DNA from: Gammaproteobacteria bacterium
GTDB lineage: Bacteria; Pseudomonadota; Gammaproteobacteria; Steroidobacterales; GCA-2729495
Assembly (NCBI GenBank): GCA_051008735.1
Contig: JBPCXH010000146.1
Coordinates: 1-51,684 of the forward strand
Direction: 5' to 3'
DNA length: 51,684 nt
Shown: positions 1 through 8,803 of the stretch, piece after piece
Numbering within the stretch: the stretch's first letter is position 1
Layout of the letters: each line of letters begins with the position of its first letter
Position numbers and translations under genes: made by a program
Notes under the pieces: generated by a model
What the model saw: only the letters and a program-made list of their open reading frames with translations
The model's database searches: none
Told to the model about the DNA's origin: nothing

Positions 1-618
1 GCCAAATGGAATCATGACGTGATGCTGATAAGCCGGACGCTCAACCAGTCGTTGATACCAGGCATCGACATGGGGCAACGCGGGTCGATCAATTTCCAGC
101 GCCAGATACCGATAGCTCATGGTGCCGATGGGAATATCGCCCAGGGTGAATTCATCGCCGGCCACGTAGGGCTGCCGCGACAAGTGCTGGTCTAACAGCT
201 GATAGCTGCGAGCGCAGCCTTTAAGTCCTGCCGCTATTTGACCCTGATCAGCCTGCTCAGCTGAGCGGCGAATCCGGTTAAAAAAGATACGCATGAAGGC
301 CGGGCCGGCAGTCGTGGCCTGCCAGTCCATCCACTGATCTGCATGGGCCAGCGTGCGAGCGTCCGCGGGCCACAGCCCGCCCTGCCCGTAGGTGCGAGCC
401 AGGTAACGAACACAGGCATTGGAATCCCACATCACCAGTTCACCGTCCTGCAGGGTCGGCACCACGCCATTCGGGTTCCTGGCCGGGTAATCATCCGGAT
501 AACCGAAGGAGCCACCCACGTCATCGCGCCGATAATTAAGCGACAGCTCGCCCAATGCCCACATCACTTTTTGGACATTCATGGAGTTTCGCCTGCCCTG
601 CACATTAACAAGTGTCAT
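1..618 (-). CDS. Glutathione S-transferase (GstB/YliJ-like); 3' end runs off the window
   Basis: Hand translation of the minus strand from the ATG at 616-618 gives MTLVNVQGRRNSMNVQKVMWALGELSL...NGVVPTLQDGELVMWDSNACVRYLA... It stays open and in frame to position 1 (206 codons). GAAGG lies 7 nt upstream of the ATG. It is absent from the ORF track because no stop lies in the window. Confidence 0.8.
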   Translation of the reverse strand, partial: MTLVNVQGRRNSMNVQKVMWALGELSLNYRRDDVGGSFGYPDDYPARNPNGVVPTLQDGELVMWDSNACVRYLARTYGQGGLWPADARTLAHADQWMDWQATTAGPAFMRIFFNRIRRSAEQADQGQIAAGLKGCARSYQLLDQHLSRQPYVAGDEFTLGDIPIGTMSYRYLALEIDRPALPHVDAWYQRLVERPAYQHHVMIPFG

Positions 619-799
619 GGTCATACCTTCTGGAACCCCAATATCCCGAGCAGTATATCGATGCTGGCCCCTCCCAATTCAGCCGTACCAGCCACACCAT
701 TGCTTGGCCGAAGCGCGCACCAGATCAGAATGCTGGTTGCAGGGTCGTTTCGGCGACCATTACCCTGCCTTGCCTGACCCAATTTACCCGGAGCCACCC

Positions 800-1480
800 A
801 TGTTCGTCCGAAAAACCTTTACTCCCTCTGCCTTTGCGCTGCTGGGCAGCTTAACCGCTCTACTGCTGCTCGCCTCATCCGTCAGCTTTGCCGGTGGCCA
901 CAAACGCATCGAGCCCATGGTGCCTATTACCGTCGACCCGGAGGTTGAGGCCGCCGTAAAAGCAGTGGTACTGGATACGGCCGAACGCTGGAACTCACAG
1001 GACTATGCAACAGTGCTGGAACTTTGGGACAAGAACGAGCCCTTCCCCACCTACCTGGCAGAAGAGCAGGCTCAGTGGTTTGTCGGCTGGGAGCGACTGA
1101 ATGAATATCTTGATCCGGCGATGCCCAACCCCATCGTTGATGCCATCCGTGAGGAGATGTTCCAGATTCAGGTAAAAGAAATCGGCCCTGATCTGGCCAT
1201 CGCTATCTGGGAAATGCGCTTCCACATGAAAATGCGCTTCAGCAATGCCATCGGCGAAACCGTGCGCGTGAGCGCAGTGCTGCGCAACACACCGGACGGC
1301 TGGCGCTACATCCACTGGGCCGAATCACCAAAAACGGCCATGGTCTATATCGAAGACCTGTACGAACAGGACGTGGATGATGACTGGCCTGAGTTCTTCG
1401 AGGAAGCCAAGAAAAAGCGCAAGGAAGTGGTGAAGAAGAAAAAAGCGGCCATGCGCAGCCAGACGACTGCCCCGGAATAA
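800..1480 (+). CDS. Secreted NTF2-fold (SnoaL/DUF4440-like) protein with acidic then Lys-rich C-terminal tail
   Basis: The internal ATG at 800 of ORF 581..1480 gives MFVRKTFTPSAFALLGSLTALLLLASSVSFA, a Sec signal peptide. The body has the ...RWNSQDY...LW...GW...VLR..PDGWRYIHWAES pattern typical of DUF4440/SnoaL-like folds. The upstream 73 codons overlap the GST start region. Confidence 0.6.
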   Translation: MFVRKTFTPSAFALLGSLTALLLLASSVSFAGGHKRIEPMVPITVDPEVEAAVKAVVLDTAERWNSQDYATVLELWDKNEPFPTYLAEEQAQWFVGWERLNEYLDPAMPNPIVDAIREEMFQIQVKEIGPDLAIAIWEMRFHMKMRFSNAIGETVRVSAVLRNTPDGWRYIHWAESPKTAMVYIEDLYEQDVDDDWPEFFEEAKKKRKEVVKKKKAAMRSQTTAPE

Positions 1481-1500
1481 GTTGACAGGCAGACTTTTGC

Positions 1501-1605
1501 CTTAATTAGTCATGCCTTGGTGTCAGGCACCGATAGTCTTAATTAGTCATGCCTTGGTGTCAGGCACCGATAGTCTTAATTAGTCATACCTTGGTGTCAG
1601 GCACC
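1501..1605. repeat. 37-bp tandem direct repeat, about 2.8 copies (unit cttaattagtcatgccttggtgtcaggcaccgatagt)
   Basis: Copies at 1501-1537 and 1538-1574 are identical. The third copy (1575-1605) has one substitution (g to a) and is truncated. It lies between convergent genes. Confidence 0.95.
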
Positions 1606-1626
1606 TGTCCGGAACAGGTGTCTGAC
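1594..1626. terminator. Stem-loop between convergent genes, built partly from the last repeat copy
   Basis: gtcaggcacctgt (1596-1608) pairs with acaggtgtctgac (1614-1626), with one G-U position and a 5-nt loop. There is no clear U tract. Confidence 0.45.
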
Positions 1627-1647
1627 GCTGATTCGCCCACCTGAACC

Positions 1648-2316
1648 TTATGCAGCCAGGTGGGTTGCCAGAAAGGCCAGGCTGCGCTGTTCAGACGAGC
1701 GCGAGGCATCGGCATCGAAACCGTCGCGGTCTTCGCAATTGAAGCCATGCCCGGCGCCTTCATAGACGTATATGTCACCGCTTGGATCTGCCGACCGCAA
1801 TTGGTCTATTACCTCCGGCGGAATAAAGCCGTCATCGGCCCCGAAGTGATATTGCACGGGCACCTTGGGCTGCATTCGCTCCAGTAGCCGGCCAATTCCG
1901 CCACCGTAGTAAGACACGGCACACTTAAAAGGCTGCCCGGCGGCTGCCATGTAAGCGACGGTTCCGCCCCAGCAATAACCAATTATCCCGATGCCGCCGC
2001 TCCCCGCGACGACTTGTCGGGCCGCCTCCACATCAGCGAGCATTTGCAGCGGTGCAATGGACATAGCGGCTTCGCCGCCGCGTTTAAAATCCGCATAGTC
2101 GACGATCAGACCGGGTTCGACGCGATCAAAAAGCGCCGGCAGCACCACGTGATAACCGGCATCGGCATAGCGATCTGCACAACGTTGCATCTGTTCGGTC
2201 AGACCAAAAATTTCCTGGATCATGACCAGGCCACCTTTAGCCTCGCCCGAAGGCTTCGACTCATAGGCAGCAAGACGGTGACCATCTGCGGCTTCCAGCT
2301 CAATCCATGTACCCAT
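1648..2316 (-). CDS. Dienelactone hydrolase family protein (carboxymethylenebutenolidase-like)
   Basis: 222-aa ORF. It has the GYCWGG nucleophile motif (G-x-C-x-G) and the overall DLH pattern, including C-terminal GAGHGF. Confidence 0.85.
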   Translation of the reverse strand: MGTWIELEAADGHRLAAYESKPSGEAKGGLVMIQEIFGLTEQMQRCADRYADAGYHVVLPALFDRVEPGLIVDYADFKRGGEAAMSIAPLQMLADVEAARQVVAGSGGIGIIGYCWGGTVAYMAAAGQPFKCAVSYYGGGIGRLLERMQPKVPVQYHFGADDGFIPPEVIDQLRSADPSGDIYVYEGAGHGFNCEDRDGFDADASRSSEQRSLAFLATHLAA

Positions 2317-2366
2317 ATATCAAGCCTAGCGCAGCACGCCTTTGTCCGCGACACTGAATCTGGCAA

Positions 2367-3368
2367 TCATTCGGCCGCGCCCCGACCAGCAGACAGAGAG
2401 TCGCGGCCATGAGAAGTGGTGAAATCCACGTCCGGACCGGCGGGTACAACCCCGGTGGGGTTCACCGCCACCTGGCTGCGATAGTAGTGCGCCTTGATGT
2501 AATCGATGTCGACAGTTTTGGCTATGCCGGGCTGCTGATAAAGGTCACGGAGATAGCCCCAGAGATTTGGGTAGTCACGCAACTCTCGAATGTTGCACTT
2601 GAAGTGGGCAACATACACCGCGTCAAATCGCACCAAGGTAGTGAACAGCCGCCAATCCGCTTCGGTAATCTCGTCTCCCGTCAGATACCTTTTATTACCA
2701 AGGAGGACTTCCATTTTATCCAAGGCTGCAAAGAGATTGACGACGGCTTCATCGTAAGGCCCCTGCTCCGTGGCAAAGCCGGCCTTGTAAACTCCATTGT
2801 TGATCGTGGGATAAATAAATTCATTCAATGAATCAATTTCGGCTTGCAGCGGCACCGGGTAAAGATTCAGTGCCTTCGCGCCCAGTGAATCAAAGGCCGA
2901 ATTGAGCATACGGATAATGTCCGCGCTCTCGTTAGACACAATGGTCTGGCGCTGAATGTCCCATAACACCGGCACAGTAACCCGACCGGAGTAGTGAGCA
3001 TCGGCCCGGGTATAAATCTGGTGGAGTCGGCTGGCCCCGTTCACATCATCCGGCACCACCCCGGCACCCGGCTCAAAGGTCCATCCTTCGGGCCCCATAT
3101 AGGCATTCACGACGGAAAGAGAAATAAAATTCTGTAGTCCCTTAAGTTCTCGATAGATGATGGTTCGGTGCGCCCAGGGACAGGCCCACGACACATACAG
3201 ATGGTATCGACCGGCTTCGGCCTTAAAACCACCCTCGCCCGTTGGGCCCGGAGAACCATCCGCCGTGATCCAGTTGCGAAACTGCGATTCGGACCGCACA
3301 AACCGGCCACCCGTGGTGTCCGTGTCGTACCACTGGTCATGCCACTGACCGTCAACCAAGAGCCCCAT
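2367..3368 (-). CDS. yqjG: Xi-class glutathione transferase / glutathionyl-hydroquinone reductase
   Basis: 333-aa ORF. It is near-colinear with E. coli YqjG as I remember it (MG.L.DG.WHD.WYDT...GG.F.R..S.FRNW.TADG.PGPTG.GGF) and carries the CPWAHRT active-site motif. Confidence 0.9.
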   Translation of the reverse strand: MGLLVDGQWHDQWYDTDTTGGRFVRSESQFRNWITADGSPGPTGEGGFKAEAGRYHLYVSWACPWAHRTIIYRELKGLQNFISLSVVNAYMGPEGWTFEPGAGVVPDDVNGASRLHQIYTRADAHYSGRVTVPVLWDIQRQTIVSNESADIIRMLNSAFDSLGAKALNLYPVPLQAEIDSLNEFIYPTINNGVYKAGFATEQGPYDEAVVNLFAALDKMEVLLGNKRYLTGDEITEADWRLFTTLVRFDAVYVAHFKCNIRELRDYPNLWGYLRDLYQQPGIAKTVDIDYIKAHYYRSQVAVNPTGVVPAGPDVDFTTSHGRDSLSAGRGAAE

Positions 3369-3373
3369 GATCC

Positions 3374-4234
3374 TTATTCCTGAGTGGCTGCAGGTTCGTC
3401 AAGCAAACGCCCTGCTGCGTAATCGTCAAAAGCCTGATGAATTTCAGCCCGGGTATTCATGACAAAAGGTCCGCCCCGGGCGATAGGTTCATGCAATGCC
3501 CGGGCAGCTATCAGCAATACACGAGCCGTGTTGGCGCCAGCCATCAGCTGCACTGTGTCCCCGGCACCCAGAACAGCCAAATGCCTTGCTTTCAACGCAG
3601 TCTCGCCAGCGCGAAGGCTGCCAGACACGACATAGAGAATGACACTATGGCCCGCGGGCAGTGGTTCGGTAAAACTACCGCCCGGTGCCAGGGTGACATC
3701 GGCAAACAGCGGTTCTGTGACCACACCCTGCACGGGGCCAGCCAGACCCACGGAACTGGTGCCGGCAATGATCCGGGCTTCGCTGCCGTCTCGCCTGTCG
3801 ACGGGCATGTGCCGGCTATCAAATTCACGATAATCGGGTGGGCTCATTTTCAGCTCTGCAGGCAGATTGATCCAAAGCTGGACCCCCCGCAGCAGGCCGT
3901 CTTCCTGTTGCGGCATTTCTGAATGGATGATTCCGCGCGCGGCCGTCATCCACTGCACACCGCCCGTTTCTATGACGCCACTGTGCCCTGCACTGTCCTC
4001 GTGGGCCATTTTTCCAGCGAGCATATAAGTCACTGTCTCAAAGCCCCGATGCGGATGCAGAGGAAAGCCGGCAATGTAATCACCCGGTTGATCTGACTCG
4101 AACACATCAAATAGCAGGAAGGGATCCAGCCGGTTAATTTCCTTCGAGCCGATAATGCGGGTGAGCTTTACGCCGGCACCGTCAGTCGCAGGAGCACCCT
4201 CGAAAACCGACGCCACTGACCGAATAATCTCCAT
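3374..4234 (-). CDS. Pirin family protein (bicupin)
   Basis: 286-aa ORF with the PLHPHRGFETVTYML cupin metal-site motif. Its stop lies 5 nt from the yqjG start. Confidence 0.9.
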   Translation of the reverse strand: MEIIRSVASVFEGAPATDGAGVKLTRIIGSKEINRLDPFLLFDVFESDQPGDYIAGFPLHPHRGFETVTYMLAGKMAHEDSAGHSGVIETGGVQWMTAARGIIHSEMPQQEDGLLRGVQLWINLPAELKMSPPDYREFDSRHMPVDRRDGSEARIIAGTSSVGLAGPVQGVVTEPLFADVTLAPGGSFTEPLPAGHSVILYVVSGSLRAGETALKARHLAVLGAGDTVQLMAGANTARVLLIAARALHEPIARGGPFVMNTRAEIHQAFDDYAAGRLLDEPAATQE

Positions 4235-4261
4235 GATCCGGGGGGGGAGAGCGGCAGCTGC

Positions 4262-4777
4262 CTACCAGCCGCCAGTGCCCGGCTCGCCCTTGTGCGGGCC
4301 GATAATCTCATCCGTCACCCAGCCCCCGTAGAAGCCACCCCCCTGGGGACGGACACGCTCGCCCTCCACATAACACTCGGCTCGGGCCGGATAGAAACTG
4401 AAAAACCCAGCGATTACGGAGAAGCTTTCCGTTGGCGAGGGATAGGACCAGCCCACATCGGCAGTCTGTTTGGCACCGTGAACAAAGGACCAATAGCTGG
4501 CGGCTCCTTTCCATTCACAGTAGGACTGGTGCCGGGATTGCTGAAGCCACTCCAGGCGCACATCTTCGGGCGGCAGATAAAAGGTCGGCGGACTTGCCGT
4601 CTCCAGAATTCGAATCGAAGCGGTGGTGTCGGCAATCAGAAAATCGCCGCATCGAACCTGGACCCGCCGCTCATCCGGGACCAGCGCGGGCGGACGGGGA
4701 TAGTCCCAGACCGATTCCTGATCAGGACCGGGCTCCAGAGCAAAAGGCGGTCGCTGCTGACCACGGAACTGCCACAT
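4262..4777 (-). CDS. DUF427 domain-containing protein
   Basis: 171-aa ORF with DUF427 hallmarks: IADTTASIRILET..PPTFYLPPEDV, YCEWKGAASYW and WSYPSP. Its start codon directly abuts the stop of the upstream gene (TGAATG). Confidence 0.8.
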   Translation of the reverse strand: MWQFRGQQRPPFALEPGPDQESVWDYPRPPALVPDERRVQVRCGDFLIADTTASIRILETASPPTFYLPPEDVRLEWLQQSRHQSYCEWKGAASYWSFVHGAKQTADVGWSYPSPTESFSVIAGFFSFYPARAECYVEGERVRPQGGGFYGGWVTDEIIGPHKGEPGTGGW

Positions 4778-5857
4778 TCAGAGGCCGACCAGCTGGTTTG
4801 CCTCGGTCAGTGCCTTATCGATTGTCGGCCCATAGCCGTCAGCACCGACTTTACGCCAGATATCCTGTGCCTCATCGAATGCCGGACCGCCCACCAGGAT
4901 TTTCACATCGTGCTCGCAACGATCCCGCACCGCGGTGATGGTGTAGCTCACACGGGGCAGCTGCGTACTCAGCGCAGCCGTCAGCACAAGCAAATCGGCG
5001 TTAAAGAAAGTCAGCGTAGCAGGCAACTCCTGCATCGGAACATCAGCGCCAAGAAAAATAGTCCGCCAACCGGCAATTTGAAACACATCACTCACGGCCC
5101 GCAGACCGATGTCATGCACATTGCCGGTTGCAGCGGCCGCCACCATGGTTTTGCCGTTGGCAGCCGCCAGCGTTGCTGACTGCACCAGTACAGCCATGGC
5201 GCGCTGGGTTGCGAAAGTCACGAGGTGTTCCTCAGCAACATTCATATCACCCAGATGCCACAAGCGACCCACTTCCCGCTGGGCGGGCAAAAGAATCTGG
5301 GTATAAACGTCCATCGGGCTCATATCGCCCTTGCTGAGCTGCAGAACATCATCAATGGCCTGGGCAGCATTTCCTTCCAGCACCGATTGCAGATAAAGCA
5401 GAGCCAGGCGGTCATGGGGTCGCTCCGGATTGAGTTCCGAATCCTCTTCGTTCGGACGCGCCTGTGACAGGACATCGATCGCCTGATCAACATAGTCGAC
5501 AGCCTGCTGACTGGCAGCGGCCGGCAAGTTATCCGCCAGCACATCTTTCAATGCGCTCAGACTCACCACCAGATCATCTTCCTGCTGATTCCTGGCCAGA
5601 AATGCCTTGCGTGACCAGATGACCCGGGACGAGAACAACAGCGGCTCGCCCGTGCCCACTGCCGCAGCAAGCTCCAGGATTCGCTGAGTCATGTAAGTTT
5701 TCCAGGTCGCGAAAGCATCGGGCTGGAATCGCTGTTTAATGCCCGGTGATTTCTCGAACATCAGATTGGTTGCAAAACCGGCAAATCCGGACGCGCTTCG
5801 CTCCAGCAATTCAGCGGCAAACCGGTTGCCGTCGTTCTCTTTGTCGACGCTTTCCAT
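4778..5857 (-). CDS. Cobalamin (B12)-binding domain protein, CarH/AerR-like C-terminal module, no DNA-binding domain
   Basis: 359-aa ORF. The C-terminal half has VGRLWHLGDMNVAEEHLVT (the W-x9-EEH motif of the B12-binding_2 helical bundle). This is followed by GNVHDIGLRAV (x-H-x-x-G lower-ligand loop) and a Rossmann-like B12-binding domain. The N-terminal ~170 aa is helical and I do not recognise it. Confidence 0.8.
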   Translation of the reverse strand: MESVDKENDGNRFAAELLERSASGFAGFATNLMFEKSPGIKQRFQPDAFATWKTYMTQRILELAAAVGTGEPLLFSSRVIWSRKAFLARNQQEDDLVVSLSALKDVLADNLPAAASQQAVDYVDQAIDVLSQARPNEEDSELNPERPHDRLALLYLQSVLEGNAAQAIDDVLQLSKGDMSPMDVYTQILLPAQREVGRLWHLGDMNVAEEHLVTFATQRAMAVLVQSATLAAANGKTMVAAAATGNVHDIGLRAVSDVFQIAGWRTIFLGADVPMQELPATLTFFNADLLVLTAALSTQLPRVSYTITAVRDRCEHDVKILVGGPAFDEAQDIWRKVGADGYGPTIDKALTEANQLVGL

Positions 5858-6129
5858 GCTTCTCCCCGGGCTTTGCTGGGATTCTACCCGATCATGCCCA
5901 ATTGCCTGTCTATACCCTTAAAGCCTATAAGATTTTTCGCTGCGCCCACGCCCTGCGGATTCAGCCGCCCGGCGGATTAGCCCTGCCCCCCCAAGGACCC
6001 AAAGGCAGGCTGCGCGGGCCCCGCAGCGTAACAATTTGTATCAGATCGCCAAGGGCGGCCTCCCCCGTGGCAGAATGCGGCTCAATTCAACAAGCTACCC
6101 GGCCATAATCCGGGAAAAAGGAGTTATTA

Positions 6130-7023
6130 ATGGGGGACCTGATGAAACGCACGCTGGGACTACTTTTGCTGGCGGCCCTGCTCACTGCCTGCGGAGGACC
6201 TGAAACGCCTCCGGCGGATGACGCGGCGGCCGCATCGGCAGCGCCTGAAACCAGCGCTGCACCCGAAGCAAGCTATGAATTTTCGGGCAGTTCAGCAAGC
6301 TTTGCAGATGATAAGCCCACTGTGTTGATTACCGGCGCCAATCGAGGCATTGGACTGGAGTTTGTCCGGCAGTTCTCCGAGAAAGGCTACAACGTCATCG
6401 CCACGGCGCGGAAACCGGAAAAAGCCGAAGCACTCAACGCATTGGCGGCAGAAAACACCGGGATTGTGGTCGAAGCGCTGGATGTCACAGACTACGGACG
6501 AGTTGAAGCCATGGCCAAGGCCTACGCTGATCAGCCCATCGATATTCTGCTCAGTAACGCTGCCATCACACCGCGGTACAAAACCGCATTCCAGCGCGTG
6601 AAAGGCATCGATTTCGACATGGCCAAACAAAGCTTTGAAGTCAATGCCCTGGCCCCGCTGAAGATCGCGCAGGCGTTCATGCCAAATGTGGAAGCCTCAG
6701 ACGGCAAGAAAATCATTGTGCTGTCCAGCAAGGCCGGTTCATTTGCGGAAGGCCCGCAGATGCCAATGATGTACAGCTACCGGGGCAGTAAGGCGGCCCT
6801 GAACATGTTCATGTATACCCTGGCGTTTGAGACCAAAAAGAAAGGCATCACGACGGTAATGCTTTCCCCGGGCACCGTTAATACAACGGAAGGTATGAAG
6901 ATGCCCAATGCCATCGAGCCCCCCGACTCCGTGGCCATGATGATCAAGGTCATGGACGGACTAACCCCGGAGAACAATGGCCAGTTCCTGAACTACGAGG
7001 AAGGCCGAATCGTCGGCTGGTAA
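6130..7023 (+). CDS. Short-chain dehydrogenase/reductase (SDR) with lipoprotein signal peptide
   Basis: AGGAG lies 7 nt upstream. The N-terminus MGDLMKRTLGLLLLAALLTACGG contains a lipobox, followed by an Ala/Pro/Glu linker. SDR motifs are TGANRGIG, NAA and YRGSK. Confidence 0.85.
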   Translation: MGDLMKRTLGLLLLAALLTACGGPETPPADDAAAASAAPETSAAPEASYEFSGSSASFADDKPTVLITGANRGIGLEFVRQFSEKGYNVIATARKPEKAEALNALAAENTGIVVEALDVTDYGRVEAMAKAYADQPIDILLSNAAITPRYKTAFQRVKGIDFDMAKQSFEVNALAPLKIAQAFMPNVEASDGKKIIVLSSKAGSFAEGPQMPMMYSYRGSKAALNMFMYTLAFETKKKGITTVMLSPGTVNTTEGMKMPNAIEPPDSVAMMIKVMDGLTPENNGQFLNYEEGRIVGW

Positions 7024-7048
7024 ACCACGCAGGGAATTGCCCGATACA

Positions 7049-7098
7049 AACCCCGCGCAGCAAAGCCGACCGGCGCTGCTGCACGGGGTTTTCTTTTG
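7049..7098 (+). terminator. Rho-independent terminator after the SDR gene
   Basis: aaccccgcgcagca (7049-7062) pairs with tgctgcacggggtt (7077-7090) with one mismatch, followed by ttcttttg. Confidence 0.8.
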
Positions 7099-7332
7099 AG
7101 CTGGTGAGAAATAATCTTCCCTTAATTGATCCAGGTCTCTCCCTGCAATTTCGCAGGGAATTCGCGAACTGGTTTTCTCCTGGTCCGCTCCCGCCATCCT
7201 GGCCTTCAAGTTAGCTGTTAGTTCTGCGCTTTATAGGCGTTATTATCAGTGGATTAACGCACAGCTGACTGATATCCCGCCCAAGGCCCAGAGGGCCCCG
7301 GTAAAGAGCAACAAGGCAAAAGAGAATAACGC

Positions 7333-8748
7333 ATGCATCTGGAATTCTTCGGTGCGGCCGGCGAGGTCACCGGCTCCTGCCACATACTGCATATCAACGG
7401 GCAGCGAATCTTGCTGGATTGCGGAATGATTCAAGGGGGCCGCAAGGCCGAGGCACGCAATCGCGATGCATTTCCCTTTGATCCGGCGGACATCCATGCG
7501 GTGGTTCTCAGTCACGCGCATATCGACCATTCGGGCCGTCTCCCTTTACTGGTGAAACGCGGCTTTACCGGCCCTGTTTATGCCCACGAAGCCACGCGGG
7601 ATTTCGGCTGGATCATGCTGAAGGACTCAGCCGGATTGGGGGAGCGCGATGTCGAGAACGAGAACCGCAAGCGCGCCCGCAAGGGCCTGGAACCGTTGGA
7701 ACCTCTCTATACAACAGACGATGCGGAGCAGGCTTGCCGACAATTCAACGCCATGGTCTACGGCGAAGCGAGAGATATCGCATCCGGCTTGAAGGTCCGT
7801 TTTCATGATGCCGGCCACATCATGGGCTCCTGCCTGGTGGAACTGGACCTGGAAGAGAATGGCAGCAACAAGAAGATTGTCTTCAGCGGCGACCTCGGCC
7901 AATACAACACGCCCATTCTGAATGACCCGCAGCGAATTCCTGCCGCCGACCTGGTGCTGATGGAGAGCACCTACGGCGACCGGCTCCACCGCGACCGGTC
8001 ACGAACCGTTGCGGAGCTGGCGGAAATTATCGCCACGGCCGACCACCATCGCGGCAACGTACTGATCCCTGCGTTTGCCGTGGGGCGCAGCCAGGAATTG
8101 CTCTATTTATTCGGCAAACACTTCGATGAGTGGCAACTCGGTCGCTGGAGCATCTTCCTCGATAGCCCTATGGCTATCGAGGCGACCCAGGTCTATCGAA
8201 GTCACCCGGAGCTCTATGATGAGGAGGCCACCGAACTGATCGATCAGCATGAGCGTAAGTCGCTGTTACCGAATCTTGGCATGTCGCGCAGTCCTGAGGA
8301 CTCCAGAAAAATAAACCGGATGCAAAGCGGTGCCATCATCATTGCCGGCAGCGGTATGTGCACCGGGGGCCGTATCCTGCATCACTTCAAACACAACCTG
8401 TGGCGGCCCGAGTGCCAGGTCATCATCGTCGGCTATCAGGCCAACGGCTCGCTGGGACGACGCCTGGTGGACGGCCAGGACTATGTGCGCATTCATCATG
8501 AAACCATTCGCATTCGCGCGAAAATAAACACAGTGGGTGGCCTGTCTGCACACGGCGACCAGAATGACCTCACCCGCTGGTATGAGGGATTTGAGAATCG
8601 TCCACCGGTCTGCCTCGTCCACGGAGAACCGGATGCGGCAAAGGCATTTGCCGGGCGACTGAAAGACTCGGGGGCACAGTGGGTCAAGCGCGCTCATCCG
8701 GGCCTCACACTGGACCTTGATCGACTTGAGTATGCCCCGGGGGGCTGA
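7333..8748 (+). CDS. MBL-fold metallo-hydrolase of the beta-CASP family (RNA-metabolising type)
   Basis: 471-aa ORF with the HAHIDHSG (HxHxDH) motif, beta-CASP-like spacing (...ESTYGDR...) and a C-terminal GLSAHGD motif. Confidence 0.85.
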   Translation: MHLEFFGAAGEVTGSCHILHINGQRILLDCGMIQGGRKAEARNRDAFPFDPADIHAVVLSHAHIDHSGRLPLLVKRGFTGPVYAHEATRDFGWIMLKDSAGLGERDVENENRKRARKGLEPLEPLYTTDDAEQACRQFNAMVYGEARDIASGLKVRFHDAGHIMGSCLVELDLEENGSNKKIVFSGDLGQYNTPILNDPQRIPAADLVLMESTYGDRLHRDRSRTVAELAEIIATADHHRGNVLIPAFAVGRSQELLYLFGKHFDEWQLGRWSIFLDSPMAIEATQVYRSHPELYDEEATELIDQHERKSLLPNLGMSRSPEDSRKINRMQSGAIIIAGSGMCTGGRILHHFKHNLWRPECQVIIVGYQANGSLGRRLVDGQDYVRIHHETIRIRAKINTVGGLSAHGDQNDLTRWYEGFENRPPVCLVHGEPDAAKAFAGRLKDSGAQWVKRAHPGLTLDLDRLEYAPGG

Positions 8749-8803
8749 TCACTCAGAGAGTCAGAAACGGACGATTTCTGGCTGCGCCGTCGCGTAGCTT
8801 CCG

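Noticed and set aside
581-799. Upstream 73 codons of ORF 581..1480, and ORFs 343-777 and 612-854.
   Set aside because: They overlap the hand-verified GST gene start region on the opposite strand. The Sec signal peptide begins precisely at the ATG at 800.
4292-5179. 295-aa plus-strand ORF antisense to the DUF427 and B12-binding genes. Similar long antisense ORFs occur at 9268-10059, 22353-23219, 27575-28204, 28134-28829, 34879-35646, 43429-44058 and 47249-47767.
   Set aside because: The translations are Arg/Pro/Gly/Ala-rich with no recognisable motifs. Each lies fully opposite a gene with strong family signatures. This is the typical shadow-ORF artefact of GC-rich DNA.
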